DNA of 63,938 nucleotides, filler included, from Octopus bimaculoides (Eukaryota): NCBI RefSeq assembly GCF_001194135.2. It is 10 parts of 8 records of this genome, joined end to end, with 100 filler letters (N's around TTAATTAATTAA, not from the genome) between each part and the next. Parts side by side here need not be neighbours in the genome. Positions count along the whole stretch, not along the records: positions 18,481 to 38,675 come from NC_068982.1; positions 38,776 to 41,282 come from NC_068983.1; positions 41,383 to 43,488 come from NC_069006.1; positions 43,589 to 56,232 come from NC_068997.1; 6 more parts are not named here. One strand, 5' to 3'. Shown piece by piece: positions 36,060 to 50,421 of this stretch (position 1 is its first letter; each line of letters starts with the position of its first letter). The notes under the pieces were generated by a model. It saw only the letters and a program-made list of their open reading frames with translations, ran no database searches and was not told where the DNA came from. The position numbers and the translations under genes were made by a program.

Positions 36060-37400
36060 TATGAGTAAGGGATACGCCCTGTTGCCTCAAAGGCCCAGCA
36101 GCTATCTCCTTCCTTTTATTTTCTCCTTTTTTTCAATGCCGATTAAGCAGGGTCCCTTGCACCCACCTTTCTTAACACATCTTTCCTCAAACACACTTCT
36201 CGACAGGGTCCTTCTCTCCAGCCCTATGTTGCTCTTCAGATGATATCTGAAGTATTGTAGCAAACCAGGGCCAGAGATGAAGGACCCCATCATGAATACT
36301 TGCATCCTAGTCTTCCACACACATTCTTTCAGCACTGCAACTGTACAGAAAAAACATGCCTAACTTTCCTTCAACAGTCCAGTTGGTGGTACAATCTTTG
36401 TTATTGACTCAACCGATAGCTGAACTCTTCCCAGATGCGACAACACGTGTTCGACGTAAATTATCAAGCCTGACAGCTCCCGACAATGTACAAAAGCGTG
36501 CTGGAGGGTTTCGTCGTCCAGCCTACATCTTGGACATGTCATTAGTACCGACATTTCGTGCCTGGATAACTTTTCTCAGACAGGTAAAGCATTCCTGTAA
36601 CACTGCCAGGTTAGGGATTTTTGGTTATTATCCAAATACCCTGGCCTGAAAGTTTTTTTGAATGGGTTGGAAAGTCAGTTCTCATCGAACCCCAGAAGCC
36701 CATCCTAGGGCATCATCGTTTTTATACTCTACCAGCCCTCTGTACAAAACTGAGGTGTATTCCCACTGCCTGTCGACACTCCTTTTACCATTCAGTCTGA
36801 TTGTGTTTTAATGAAACCAGGTTTAAAACGCTTCAAGGTGGTTGGTCGTGGGAAGAATTCCTCTGCCAGCGGATTCCACACCTTATTACCCTCCAGGCAG
36901 TGCCAGAGATGTCTCAGCCTCAATGCATGTCTGCGCATCCCTAACTCACCCTTTAGCGGTTCCTGGCAGCAAACGGAGCACCTTACAAGTGGCTTTCCTC
37001 CTTTGCACAACAAGTGGAAAAGGGATTCGCTCCAACTTGTTTAGCCATGAATTGGGGCAAGGGACAATGGACAGGCGGTAGGTGATTACAGATGCAATAA
37101 ACAGCTCCTTTCAAGGACAGAGCCCTTCCGGACCAAGTCCATACTCATGGAATCTTTCATGACATGTAAATGGTCCTAGTCTCAGAACAATACAACAGTG
37201 CAGAAAGAACAGATGAGACATACACCATGATCTTATTGTCAAGTCTTCAAATGGTGCTGTCACCAGGCCTTAGATCCTAAGCTACCAAAGGCTTCCGCTG
37301 CCTTTTGAATAAGAGAAGTGATTTCCGAGTTCAAGGCTTCCATCAACATGTACCATGCTACTCGGGTATTCAAAACATATCACCACTTTAAGCATTGTAC
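36060..37400 (-). mobile_element. Tx1/L1-clade retrotransposon, ORF2 3' fragment
   Basis: zf-RVT-like CPRCRLDDETLQHAFVHC and PLKGELGM...LRLRHL motifs. Multiple stops. Confidence 0.7.
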
Positions 37401-37719
37401 CCTTAACCAGTATCTGGGGTGCATCGTTCTCCGGAGGCAGGTTGATGATTTACAACAGTTTTTTTCAAATTAATTGAGGCCAAATATGTCGCTTGAAGAA
37501 TCAGGTGCACTAATTAGGTTTTGTAAGTGTTGCACATTGTGACTTAACTAGGTTCCAGTTGTCAGCGTTTAAAAGATCACACACCAAAGAGGTAAAGGGC
37601 TGGGATTTGAAGTTCATTGTTGTCGGATTAAACGTATTACCCAGAGAAGTGCCATACATAAATGTTGCAAATGTATTTGAAAGCATTACTATATGAGTGT
37701 GTAGGGAAAGATAGTTGCT

Positions 37720-38445
37720 TATAAATGCCAAAACCTTCCCAGGCGAAGAATGTACCCCACAACATAGACTAGTAGTTAGTGACTTCAAGATCAGGGCTAA
37801 ATAGATGACCAGCATGGAGGAGAAGGGTCTGGAAGCTTAAAGATCCTGCGAATGGACAGAGATTTAGAGACTTATTACTCAAAGCCTTTGACGAAATTGA
37901 AGGGGATATAGCTTCACACGNNNNNNNNNNATTACTCAAAGCCTTTGACGAAATTGAAGGGGATATAGCTTCACACGATGTAGAAGACAACTGGAGGTTT
38001 CTACGGGACAACCTGCTGAGGGCCACTGACCAGATCTGTGGATGGTGAAAAGTACCGTCTCGACCCAAAATAACATGGTGATGGAACAATGTTGTAGACA
38101 GGGCTATTAGAGAAAAGAAACAGGCTTGGAAGGACTGGAAGAACGGTGGTTGCAGGGAATTGTATCAGACTGTCAGAAGGGACGCTAGGAGACAGGTTTA
38201 TTTAACCAGAGGGGAAGCAGATAAGAAAAAATTTGCCAATGTTCTGCACCGTGAGGACCAAAGACTTGAGTTATTTTGTTTGCAAGACAGTGTGTGAGAG
38301 AGAATTGTGATGTCGTAGGAGAGAAATGTGTCCGCTTGGATGATGGTTCACTTGCACTAAGTGTGGCTGCCAAGAGAGAGGTTTGGAGACGCCACTATGA
38401 AAGGATGCTCAATAAGGAAAATGAATGGGAGCAAGAGATTCTGTC
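37720..38445 (+). mobile_element. RTE-type LINE, endonuclease end plus linker region
   Basis: KTFPGEECTPQHRLVVSDF, WKLKDP, NWRFLRDNLLRATDQICG, KKQAWKDWK and WRRHYERMLNKENEW. Cut at 38450 by an antisense LINE-tail insertion. Confidence 0.8.
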
Positions 38446-38449
38446 GAAT

Positions 38450-38675
38450 CATCATCATCATCATCATCGTTTAACGTCTGCTTTCCATGCTAGCATGGGT
38501 TGGACGATTTGACTGAGGACTGGTGAAACCGGATGGCAACACCAGGCTCCAGTCTGATTTGGCAGAGTTTCTACAGCTGGATGCCCTTCCTAACGCCAAC
38601 CACTCAGAGAGTGTAGTGGGTGCTTTTACGTGTCACCCGCACGAAAACGGCCACGCTCGAAATGGTGTCTTTTAT
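38450..38675 (-). mobile_element. RTE-type LINE 3' tail copy inserted into an older RTE ORF
   Basis: Begins (CAT)n, near-consensus antisense tail. Confidence 0.8.
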
Positions 38676-38822
38676 NNNNNNNNNNNNNNNNNNNNNNNNN
38701 NNNNNNNNNNNNNNNNNNNTTAATTAATTAANNNNNNNNNNNNNNNNNNNNNNNNNNNNNNNNNNNNNNNNNNNNTGTTATTATATATGTGTGCATATAT
38801 ATATAAGTACATGTGTATAGGC

Positions 38823-38866
<44 letters not shown>

Positions 38867-39379
38867 ATATATGTTTATTTTTATTATATATATACATAGG
38901 AAGACAGGGATGCAGAAAGGGAAAGACGGGTTGATAGTTATTCGCATTTATGTGTTTAAATGTGTGTATATGAGTATGTCCGCGCGTTCTTCTGTGAGTG
39001 CGTGTGTGCTTATAAGTGTTTGAGTATGCGTGCTTGTGAAAGTTTGGGGTTTACTGCAGAGTTTACTAACATCTGGTAAATGAAAAGATGAAGATGAAAG
39101 GCGATCATAGATAAATATTTAAGTTATTTAGTACGAACTTAAGATTTAATAAGTATATATAAAAAAAAATGGTTGCTTCACTTGAGATAATTTATGTTGA
39201 GCACGCCATTTGTTCCTTATTTACTATAACTTTTCTGTTTTGATTTACAAAGGCTGTTCCTTGGCTCACCAGAGATGTTTAACCATAACGATACCAACTG
39301 TTGTTATTGTGATGAAAAGATAAGAAAAATATTACATCGTAGCGTTACGTTTAAAGCTGCATGGAATTCATATTTTATA

Positions 39380-39710
39380 GTTTAATTCAAAATATCATTT
39401 GCCAAGTAGTTATCATCTTTATTATTATTATTATTGTTGTTATCATCATTATTATTATTATTGTGGTTGTTATTACGATTGCTATTATTATTATTATTAT
39501 TATTATTATTATCTTTATTATTATTATTATCATTTCTATTATCATCATTACCATTATTATTATTATCATTATTATTATTGTTGTTATTATTATTACTCTT
39601 ATTATTATTATTATTATTTTCATTTTTATTATTATTATTACTATTATATTACTATTATTATCATTATTATTATTACTATTACTATTATTATTATTATTAC
39701 TACATATAAA
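39380..39710. repeat. Degenerate (TAT)n block
   Basis: Direct inspection. Confidence 0.95.
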
Positions 39711-41682
39711 CGGCAGATTTCTACCAACTATGTGGCGTTTGCACTTGAATAACGTTTCCAGTAGAATATATAATCGAAATTTGAAATATATTTATTGATT
39801 GTTCACTGGTCTCAAAGCGAATTGAGAATCACTGTTTTGGGTTTATTTGATTTATTTATAAAGTTGACGTGATTCAATCAAAACTGAAAGTAAGATGCAG
39901 AGTTTTTCGCAAATTGATAGCCAAACATTATTTGGATGTTTAAACTTGATGTTTGAATTAATCTAATTTCTTGAGAATATATATCTACGATATATATTTT
40001 TATGAAAATATTGTTCTGCTCAATTGATTTCCGTATAGGTGCTCATGTCCAAATATTTCACTCTAAATTTCTATGATTTACGATGTGGCACTCTACCCCG
40101 TATCGTCTCTATAATGTTCACCCAATGTTTTTTTCTTTGAAAGCAAAATTTAACAACGTACGATAATATTTCTGGCAACAATCTCTAATATTGGAATTAT
40201 TACAACATTGAATTCTACGGCTCTTCAGTGTCAGCTTCCAAAATAATTGTTATTTGTGCTTTGTGTCAGTCATCTAGTTGCTATTCGGTGCTTTTAACGT
40301 ACTACTGAGCGATGCATTATGAACCTTGGTTATGTGCCGTGTTTCACTTGCTTTTGTGTTATCTTAGTTTCATAGAAAGTATATTACATCATACCATAAG
40401 CATATGGTGCCTCGTAATGCTATTTGTTGCATACTCTGCTTATATGTAAGACCGAAGAATGTTGTCTGAAAAGCTTTTATCTTTTTTATTTCCTTATTAT
40501 AGAGATGGTAAATAGTTTAACTGGCACAGCTGTTACTGTGGCTGGCAAAATGTTTAGTGGAAATATTCGCCATTTTGTTTGAGCTGACATTCCGTCGAGT
40601 TCGACTTTACCTTTTATTATTTAGGGGTCAGTAAAATAAACACCAGTTGAACACTGGGGTACACGGAATCGACTACGTGACCCTTAGGCGTATAGTAGAC
40701 AGATTATTATAGAAATGATCAGGCGTTCGATTGGTGCAATCGTTATCGCGCCAGACAAAAAGTTTAGCCGTGTTTCATCTGTCTTTTTGTTTTGAGTTTA
40801 AGTTACGCCGAAATCGGCTTTGAGATTCCACTATGTGGTATCGATGAAATACGCACCAGTCAATGTAATCGACTCGCCTTCATGAAAATCTCAGGTTTTG
40901 GGTCTCCATTAGAAGTATTATGGAGGCGTTTCTTAGCTGTCGACAGCAATATATACTCTTTAATACGAAATCTGACTGAACACACGGCAAATTAAAGATC
41001 CCTTTATGAAATGAACATCACTTCTTCACTATAACTTGCTGTCAATTCCATCCTTAAATTTCATTTGTTTCCTCCTAACATTCTCCCTGAAACTTGCTCC
41101 CTAAAACTTCACTGCCCCTGTCAATATACATACAGCAAAATTTCTTTATCGTCCATAAAAATCAGCCTTCCAAAAATCATCATACCACGAACCGTATAAA
41201 ACTGGTAAAAATAATGTCTCCCTAAGGCGAGTCAGCAGAAATTTCGAAATCACTATCAAACATATATATATATATATATATANNNNNNNNNNNNNNNNNN
41301 NNNNNNNNNNNNNNNNNNNNNNNNNNTTAATTAATTAANNNNNNNNNNNNNNNNNNNNNNNNNNNNNNNNNNNNNNNNNNNNATCAACTGGAACCCTCGA
41401 CGTCGTAAGCGACAGAGTGCCAACAACAACTACCTTCCTAAGAAGGCTCTGATCGACATTCAAGCCGTGACCATCACGAGTTTATTTTTTAAATATTTTT
41501 TTTAGCTGAGCTGGTTGTGTGGTTAAGGAGCTTGCTTTCCAACCATGCAGTGTTGGTTCGGACGCACTGCACGAGACACCTTGAGCATGTGTTTTCTAGT
41601 ATACCCTTTGGCCTACATGTATGCCCTTTGGCATTGCATGTAGATTTGGTAGACGGAAACTGAAAGAAACCTGTCATGTGTA

Positions 41683-41720
<38 letters not shown>

Positions 41721-41727
<7 letters not shown>

Positions 41728-41927
41728 TTGCTGAAAAGTCTCTGACTTTAAGGGTATCGTGAAAGGCCATAATTGTGGGGCCAAAGTTCTTTTACAATGC
41801 TTAGAAAAACTGAAGGACCGCTACAATAAGTGTGTGATTCTGAGAGGGGAATATGTTGAATAAAATCATAATTAGCTGATCCTCCTGCATTTTATTTTAA
41901 CCAAAGCCAGACCTTTCTGCACCCCAC
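41721..41927 (+). mobile_element. Mariner-derived MITE
   Basis: Imperfect TIRs CGAGGGGTTGCTGAAAAGT ... ACCTTTCTGCACCCC. Interior encodes the transposase C-terminus RYNKCVILRGEYVE*. Confidence 0.7.
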
Positions 41928-41934
41928 CATCCTG

Positions 41935-42200
41935 GTGGATCCCATTGCCGTTGGCGTTTAACATTTTCGTAGTGCACCCATTTTCCATCATCGGCAAAAA
42001 GGCGATCCAAAACCGATGGTTGAACTTTTGAATGAAGAGCAAATGAACGTGGTCTGTCAGATGATGAGGAATTCATTTGCCAAATTCAGGCACGATTCCA
42101 AGTTTTTATCAAATGGCGATGGACTGTAGAGGATGATGAATTAAGCCCTTTGGTAAATCTCCAACGTTTGCATTGACATTTCTCAATGCAAAACTGAAGA
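41935..42200 (-). mobile_element. Mariner transposase remnant
   Basis: LNSSSSTVHRHL...VLDRLFADDGKWVHYENVKRQRQW resembles mariner FLDRIVTGDEKWVHY.NVKRKR.W. Confidence 0.6.
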
Positions 42201-42469
42201 TGCTGCCAAAATACAGGCCGCTGTCTTCAGAAATAACCACTGGCTATTCGTTTGTGCATGGGACAAATAAGCACAAAAGTCACAGTAAGTGACAGTGGAC
42301 AATATTCTATGAAGATAACTTTACAAACGTGCAAGTCCTTCGATGAGCGGAGACCAGCAGAGAGCTTCTTGACGGCAAAAACTGTTAACAGGATAATTTC
42401 ATTGGACATCACATAAAAAAAAAAGATCTTTGGACACTCGGTGACGACTAGGAAGCGGAAAGGAAGAAA

Positions 42470-42860
42470 GCGTGGCTGTGTGGTAAGAAGGCTGCTTCCC
42501 AAACACATGATTTCGGGTTCAGTCCCACTGCGTGGCACCTTTGGCATGTGTCTTCTACGAGAGCTTCGGGCCAACCAAAGCCTTTTGAGTAGATTTGGAA
42601 ACTGAAGGAAGCCCATCGTATATGTGTATGTATATGTGTGTGCGTATGTATGTCTTTGTGTCTGTGTTCCCCACCCCAACCGCTTGACAGCTGGTACTGG
42701 TGCGTTTACGCCCCCGTAATTTAGTGGTTTGGCAAAAGTGAACGATAAAGTAAGTACTTGGTTTTAAAAAAAGAAGTACTGGGGCCGATTCATTTGACTA
42801 AACAATTTTCGAAGGCGGTGCCCCAGCATGACCGCAGTCAAATGACAAACGAAAGATGAA
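42470..42860 (+). mobile_element. Near full-length copy of the same CORE-like SINE family
   Basis: Colinear with 50088-50421. Confidence 0.8.
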
Positions 42861-44416
42861 CGATACTGAATGACCCTTACGAAACAATTACAAAAGACCA
42901 ATCCTACAACTTGCTAAATTGCATATGGGATAGGAGGGAGTGGATGTCCTTAATTACTGATATCTCCAGGTAGGATACGTAAAAAAGGTTAAGATTAGTT
43001 AATCCTGTTAGCATAACAAAGTGAGATGACACCTTTAATCAACACCTGTCACTCAACAGCAACAATAATAGCGTTAACAACAACAATACCAACGAAATGT
43101 TATGGAGTTATAAAAACAAAACAGCAATAGAAAACGTTCCAAGAGAAACAAAAAACACTCCTTGTAATAAACGAAAACCAAACAAGGAACAAGGAAATAT
43201 AACGCGTTTAGTAGAGGGACATTTCAGGATAAAATATATTATTGTGACTGGAAGTGAAATACTTAGCAAAATTAAAAAATGTAGATCATCCTTTCTTTCT
43301 TAGATAGCTTCTCTTAATCTTTTTCGTTCTGTGGAATTTCCATGGGTCCCAAAAGAGACACAGTTAATTAAACAAAGAACTGAAGTAGAAATGAATAAAT
43401 TCATTCATTCGAAAAACTGGGGTATTTGAAAACGTCGTCACAGCTAGCGAAGAGTTTGATTAGGATAAAAAGAAAAGAGATAACGATANNNNNNNNNNNN
43501 NNNNNNNNNNNNNNNNNNNNNNNNNNNNNNNNTTAATTAATTAANNNNNNNNNNNNNNNNNNNNNNNNNNNNNNNNNNNNNNNNNNNNTATGTATGTATA
43601 TATCTGTATACACACAGACACACATACGCACACACACAAACACATATATATGTGTGTTTGTATGTATATATTTATATATGTATGTATGTTTATATATAAA
43701 TGCATATGGCTTTGTAAATGCATATGGCTTTATAAGACTTGGCTACATAAATTTCATGTGTATATCCATAGGTGGTGGCGTGGGGGATGTAACCTGTGAT
43801 TTGGGCCCATTTCAGAATTTTTGCATTGAATGATTTTGTCATATGTATATTAAATTAAGTACACCTATGTACATTTTTACATATTTCAACGACAACAACA
43901 AAATTTACTGCGAATGTGCTCGTATTATGTTTAAAAGAAAAAAAATACATTCGGATATCAAAATCGAAAATAAAACGACAAAAATTAAGGAAATAATAGA
44001 AAATGAAGTAACGTTAAAAAAATATGTTGGGGAGAGGAAATTCATAAAAAAAAGAAAAAACTATGTAAATTCTTCGAATTTCAAAGAATTCCTGTGAATT
44101 CTATGAATGTAGTTTAAAACGTACACTTATTTTACTTTATCTGTTTCTCAGCACAACACCATACGTATACTTCAAAATACACACACTGACTTACATGAAC
44201 GCAAGATTGCGTTCGCACATTGAGAAATATAAATATAAAAGGATATACTGACACATTACTCACACAATAACAAATCCATATACATATGCAAGCAAGCCCA
44301 CATACTAACGCACACAAACACGCACGCACAAAGTATTACGTATATGCGCATACATTCTAAGACATACACATACGGACATCTATATAAATGCAAACACACC
44401 AATCTATAAATTAAAT

Positions 44417-44478
<62 letters not shown>

Positions 44479-45404
44479 GAAACACACAGAGAAACACACA
44501 TACACACAAGCACACATATATGTATGTATTTATGTACGTATGTATACATGTATGTGTGAAGAAGTATAAATATGGGACTTTGCATATGTGTGAATGTCTG
44601 TGTGTCTTTAATGTGTCATTTCATCCAGAAACAGTGAGATTCCCTTATCTGTGCTCTTATTACTCTGACTCTTTATAATGTTTCTTATTTTTCTAACTTC
44701 ATCATCCCTAGCATCATATTCCCACAATGTTCAACCAAGAAAGCAAACGGTAATATAATATATTTCCCACCCTATTCCAGAGTAAAAAAAAAAATACAAA
44801 TGCATGTATACATACACATATATATGATTACAGACTTTCACTCAGCCACATATGGATGTAAGCTTAAACATATGACGGTGTACTCACACACATGTATGCT
44901 AACATGATATATTATATGTTTGTGTGCGTGCGTGCGTGCGTGCGTGCGTGTGTGAGAAAACATACACACACACACATATGTAGACAGATATATATACATA
45001 TATACACACACTTTTATTTTTTATATATATGAACATATATATATATATATNNNNNNNNNNNNNNNNNNNNNNNNNNNNNNNNNNNNNNNNNNNNNNNNNN
45101 NNNNNNNNNNNNNNNNNNNNNNNNNNNNNNNNNNNNNNNNNNNNNNNNNNNNNNNNNNNNNNNNNNNNNNNNNNNNNNNNNNNNNNNNNNNNNNNNNNNN
45201 NNNNNNNNNNNNNNNNNNNNNNNNNNNNNNNNNNNNNNNNNNNNNNNNNNNNNNNNNNNNNNNNNNNNNNNNNNNNNNNNNNNNNNNNNNNNNNNNNNNN
45301 NNNNNNGAAAAGAAAAAATACTAAAAAATTGTTTTTGAAATAAAAGAAAATTTATAAAGACAAATAGTAGGAAAATTTTAGAGCTCAAAAGGAAAACGTA
45401 ACCA

Positions 45405-45440
45405 ATGATGATGATGATGATGATAATAATAATAATAATG

Positions 45441-45503
<63 letters not shown>

Positions 45504-45893
45504 TTGCTTTTCCCTAAGTGTCAATTTTGGTACATGCCTCCGATGGTGTTCCTTACTACATCTTCAATCTTTATGAACATTGAACATTGATTGTTACTTA
45601 CAAATAATAGTAATAAAAAAAATGAACAAATAACACCAGAAAAAACAAAAATATTCGATATATATATATGTGTGTGTGTGTGTATGTATACATATATATG
45701 TAGTTGTGTGTGTGTATATATATTATTAACCACAAGAACAAAAGCAATAAAACCTGATGTTGAAGTTTTTGTTGTTATTGTTATTGTTGTTGTTGATGAT
45801 GATGATGATGATGATGATGATAATGATAATTCTTTTTATGGTGATGTGAATGAAGACGATGATGATGAGGGTGATGATGATGAGGACGACAAC

Positions 45894-45925
<32 letters not shown>

Positions 45926-46347
45926 CGACGATGATGATGACGACGATGATGACGATAACGATGATGATGATGATGCTGATGTTGATGATGATAATAATAA
46001 TAATAATAATGATAATATTTAGGGTGAGGATGAGGAGGTTGATGATGATGATAAAAGCATTATAAATAACTGGAAGAGGGAAAAGAAGTCCACAAAGAAA
46101 GAGAAAGAGGAAGAGTAGAAATAGGTACAGAAAGGCAAAATCGAGGTGGTAGTGGTAGAAGAAGAAGAAGAAGAAGAAGAAGAAGAAGAAGAAGAAGAAG
46201 AAGAAGAAGAAGAAGAAGAAGAAGAAGAAGAAGAAGAAGAAGAAGAAGAAAATGACTGCTGGAATGATAATAAGAATGATGGTGATGGTGGTGTTGATGA
46301 TGATGATGTAGATGATGATGATGACGATGACGATGACAATGATGATT

Positions 46348-46383
<36 letters not shown>

Positions 46384-46460
46384 ATGATGATGATGACGAC
46401 GATGATGATGGTATAGCAATATTAATAATAACAATAGCAAAAATTATGATAATATGAATA
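45405..46460. repeat. Compound trinucleotide microsatellite block (ATA, GAT, GAA)
   Basis: Direct inspection. Source of the poly-D/E/I/M/S ORFs. Confidence 0.95.
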
Positions 46461-48758
46461 ATAAGAAAAGAATGATGATAAAAAAACTATAATATGCCCA
46501 ACCGTATGCATAGAATTGATTCACTCACACATATACACGCATATTCATCTGTATATACATAAGCAGATACATGCATTCACATATCCACATGCACACAAAT
46601 TGAAAATGTGACTAAAAAAAGTCGAAAAAAGGAAAAAAAGAAAAGAAATTGATGGAAAACAGGAATGGTCGCAAAAAGGATAGAAACAATTTTTTTTTTT
46701 CAAAACAAAAAAAAAGAAAAATAGCAATGCTAATAAAAATATGAGAAATAAAATAGAGGGAGAAAAAAAAAGAGAGAAATATTCCAGAGCATATGAGGCT
46801 GTTAGAGAAATCTTCTTTTAGTAATGAGAAAACCATTTCCTAAACAATTCTTACCGTTTTAAGGAATGAATAGCATATTACAATTTATAGAAATAGCGGT
46901 AGATATGTAAATACTTCCATGCCAGTCTCAACATATCTATCCACCGAAATAGAAAATTTCATATATGTATGCATGCATGTATGTATGCATGTATGCATAC
47001 ATCCATACATACGTACTTTATGCAAACACACACAGACGCACACAAATATATACCTGTATATATATATACGCACATGTTTATGTATATATATATATGTGTG
47101 TTTGTGTGTACATATGTGCATATAAATATAATTATGTACATCCATATATATATAGACATATAAATATACATATATATATATATATATNNNNNNNNNNNNN
47201 NNNNNNNNNNNNNNNNNNNNNNNNNNNNNNNNNNNNNNNNNNNNNNNNNNNNNNNNNNNNNNNNNNNNNNNNNNNNNNNNNNNNNNNNNNNNNNNNNNNN
47301 NNNNNNNNNNNNNATATATTCATTTATTTACTTACATCGATTTGTGTGACGGTAAGTGTTTGTGTATTCATACATATACGTTTGTGTATGCAAATGTCTA
47401 AGTGTCGATTACTTTATTGATGCTACACTGTATATCTTTGTCCACGTTTACACTTCACGTGAACAAAGGACCCGGTACATCATACACACACACACACACA
47501 CACACATACACACACAAACACGCGCGTACACATACATGTATGCATATATGTACGTATAAATAAATATATTTCTGACTTTCTCAAAAAAAATAAAATGTGT
47601 GCAAGTGGGGAAATATATTTCATGTTCACCAATATTATTTTCGTTCTTCTACGGTAATGTCACCCTTGTTGGAATTGTTACAAACTTGACATCATACTCA
47701 AGACCTGATCAATATCTATATATCAATTTAAACAGCAAATTTATTTCAACATTTACTCCCCATGTTATTTTCATCCATATGCACCCCGACTTTTATAGCT
47801 TAAAAAAAAAAACTTCATACTAAAATTTCATATTTCATGAAATTGTGAGCATATGTGTGTGTGTGTGTGTGTATGTATATTGAAAGTGAAAGAGGGGTTA
47901 AAGGAGCATTGTAGTTTGCTTGAAGCAGTGCAGATTATTAAAAGCTGTGATTTAGATATCCATTTTAATGCGTTGGGGAAAATATTAAATTATAAAGACA
48001 TGTATAACAGCTAAGATCTAACCTTTCCCTTAAGCATTTAATTATACTATACTTCGGGTGAAAAGCCCTTCTTTTTCAATAACATAGATAATAAAAGTTT
48101 GTTTCTGCGCTTACTGTAGCTTCAAATGTGAATTTCTATTGTAAACCTATCTAATGTCCTCTACGATTGTTATTGCTGGTTTCACATTACCTCGATAATA
48201 ACAAGTGTTCCGTCCGTACTTCTCACAATGTTTACACAGGCACAATGCACGTGAGACCACATTATATAAATTATTTCTTTTTGTTGTTTTATCAGGCCCT
48301 TAGTTTTGATATAAGAGGCTGGGCTTCTTACTGTTTTATTTTAGCCAACTTAAGGCGGCGAGCTGGCAGGATCGTTAACACGCCGAGGTAAAATGCTTAG
48401 CGGCATTTCATCCGTTTTTACGTTCTGAGTTGAAATTCCGACGTGGTCGACTTTATCTTTCCTCATTTCGGGGTTGATAAAATATGTACCAGTTGAGAAC
48501 TTACCCCAAAATTTCAAGCCGTATCCCTATAGTAGAAAAGTTTATTTCTAGTGTGTGTGTATGTGTGTGTATCTATTTGTGTGTCTGTGCTTGTCCCCTA
48601 AACATCACTTGACAACCGATGGTGGTGTGTTTACGTCCCCGTAAAATAGCGGTTCGGCAAAATAGATCGATAGAATATATATATATATATATATATAACG
48701 TGAGAGAGTTAGGGGTTGGGGGTTCAACCCACTAAGGGATAGTATCTATCCCTTTGTG

Positions 48759-48887
48759 AATCTCTGAAGAGGCCTAGCGGTTCGGGCATGTAACCCCATT
48801 TCAGAATGTCATCCGATAATCACTCCGGAAAGGAATATTCGGATAGAATGGGGCTTGCTAAAACTAGGCCGAAACAGTTGTAAGATT
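48759..48887 (+). ncRNA. Type I hammerhead ribozyme motif with long stem II insertion
   Basis: AATCT-CTGAAGA-GGCCTAG...CTAGGCC-GAAA-C-AGTT-G-TA|AGATT. CUGANGA and GAAA core, 7-bp stem II base, 1-bp stem III with self-complementary CAGUUG, GUA triplet, 5-bp stem I. Confidence 0.8.
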
Positions 48888-49415
48888 AAACATCTGTTCA
48901 TCCTCTAATTCATTATGTACTTTGTACTTCTATATGTAAACCAGGTTGGCAAAATAACATAGTCTNNNNNNNNNNNNNNNNNNNNNNNNNNNNNNNNNNN
49001 NNNNNNNNNNNNNNNNNNNNNNNNNNNNNNNNNNNNNNNNNNNNNNNNNNNNNNNNNNNNNNNNNNNNNNNNNNNNNNNNNNNNNNNNNNNNNNNNNNNN
49101 NNNNNNNNNNNNNNNNNNNNNNNNNNNNNNNNNNNNNNNNNNNNNNNNNNNNNNNNNNNNNNNNNNNNNNNNNNNNNNNNNNNNNNNNNNNNNNNNNNNN
49201 NNNNNNNNNNNNNNNNNNNNNNNNNNNNNNNNNNNNNNNNNNNNNNNNNNNNNNNNNNNNNNNNNNNNNNNNNNNNNNNNNNNNNNNNNNNNNNNNNNNN
49301 NNNNNNNNNNNNNNNNNNNNNNNNNNNNNNNNNNNNNNNNNNNNNNNNNNNNNAAAATAATATATATATGAATGAAGAGAGAATGAATGACGGAGAGTGA
49401 GGTAGCTACATTGAC

Positions 49416-49466
<51 letters not shown>

Positions 49467-50087
49467 CGACAAGACCTGTTTATGGAAACAAAAGCGTAGC
49501 ATTTTTTGGAGGATCGTGTTGCCACTGACCCTGCCAGCTACCACCTTTTAGTCATTTCCAATATTAGGAATATGATGGAAGTCTTCATAAAGGACCACTT
49601 CTTTTATCCTCTCTAATTCCCTCTCCGTCATATTGAAAACTAATTCACTTCCCGCAGAGAAAAATCTACAGGAATAGAATGTCACACACAGCAGTTCTGC
49701 CTTACCATGCATAACTTCGACGCAGGCAATGTTATTGTGATTGACATTAACACGACTTTCGAGCACAACTATCAAGATGCGGTGTAGATATTTTGCCGAC
49801 TATAGGACTCTAGCGTCTACAATATTTTACATATATCTCTTAGATCTGAACTTCCCAGTCAGATGCCCCATTACAATGAGTTTTAAAAAGATTGTCTGCC
49901 CTACAATTTATAAACCTGCATAATTTCCTCAGGTTCAATTATTTGACTATATTTTTATTTAAGAGTGATGATAAATCTCTCAAAATTATTTCTAACTGTG
50001 CCAAGCTATATTATGCAATAACTTACCACTGCTCACATTTCTATTATTTAACAGTGTAATTGTGTATATTAACTTACAACTTACAAT

Positions 50088-50421
50088 AGGCGTAGGAATG
50101 GCAGTGTGGTAAGTAGCTTGCTTACCAGCCACATGGTTCCGGGTTCAGTCGCACTGCGTGGTACTTTGGGCAAATGTCTTCTACTATAGCCTCGGGCCGA
50201 CCAAAGCCTTGTGAGTGGATTTGTTAGACGGAAACTGAAAGAAGACCGTCGTATATATGTCTATGTCTATATATATATATATATATATATATNNNNNNNN
50301 NNGATAGAATAAGTACTAGGCTTACAAAGAATAAGTCCTGGAGTCGATTTGCTCCACTAAAGGTGGTGCTCCAGCATGGCCGCAGTCAAATGACTGAAAC
50401 AAGTAAAAGTGAGTAAAAGAG
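50088..50421 (+). mobile_element. Near full-length CORE-like tRNA SINE with internal (TA)n
   Basis: tRNA-like head, tttgggcaaatgtcttctactatagcctcgggcc body, ...gactgaaacaagtaaaag tail. Other copies at 15180-15295 (-), 17100-17380, 30195-30415, 41505-41700, 48550-48675 and 61627-61900. Confidence 0.8.

Noticed and set aside
38510-38540. CTGAGGA-CTGGT-GAAA hammerhead-like string in LINE tails (also 35025-35050 on -)
   Set aside because: No stem II pairing and no NUH/stem I arrangement.
45591-46457. Long poly-D/E/S/H/M ORFs, and all YIYI/CVCV/LSLS ORFs elsewhere
   Set aside because: Translations of microsatellites or N gaps; no splice or domain support.
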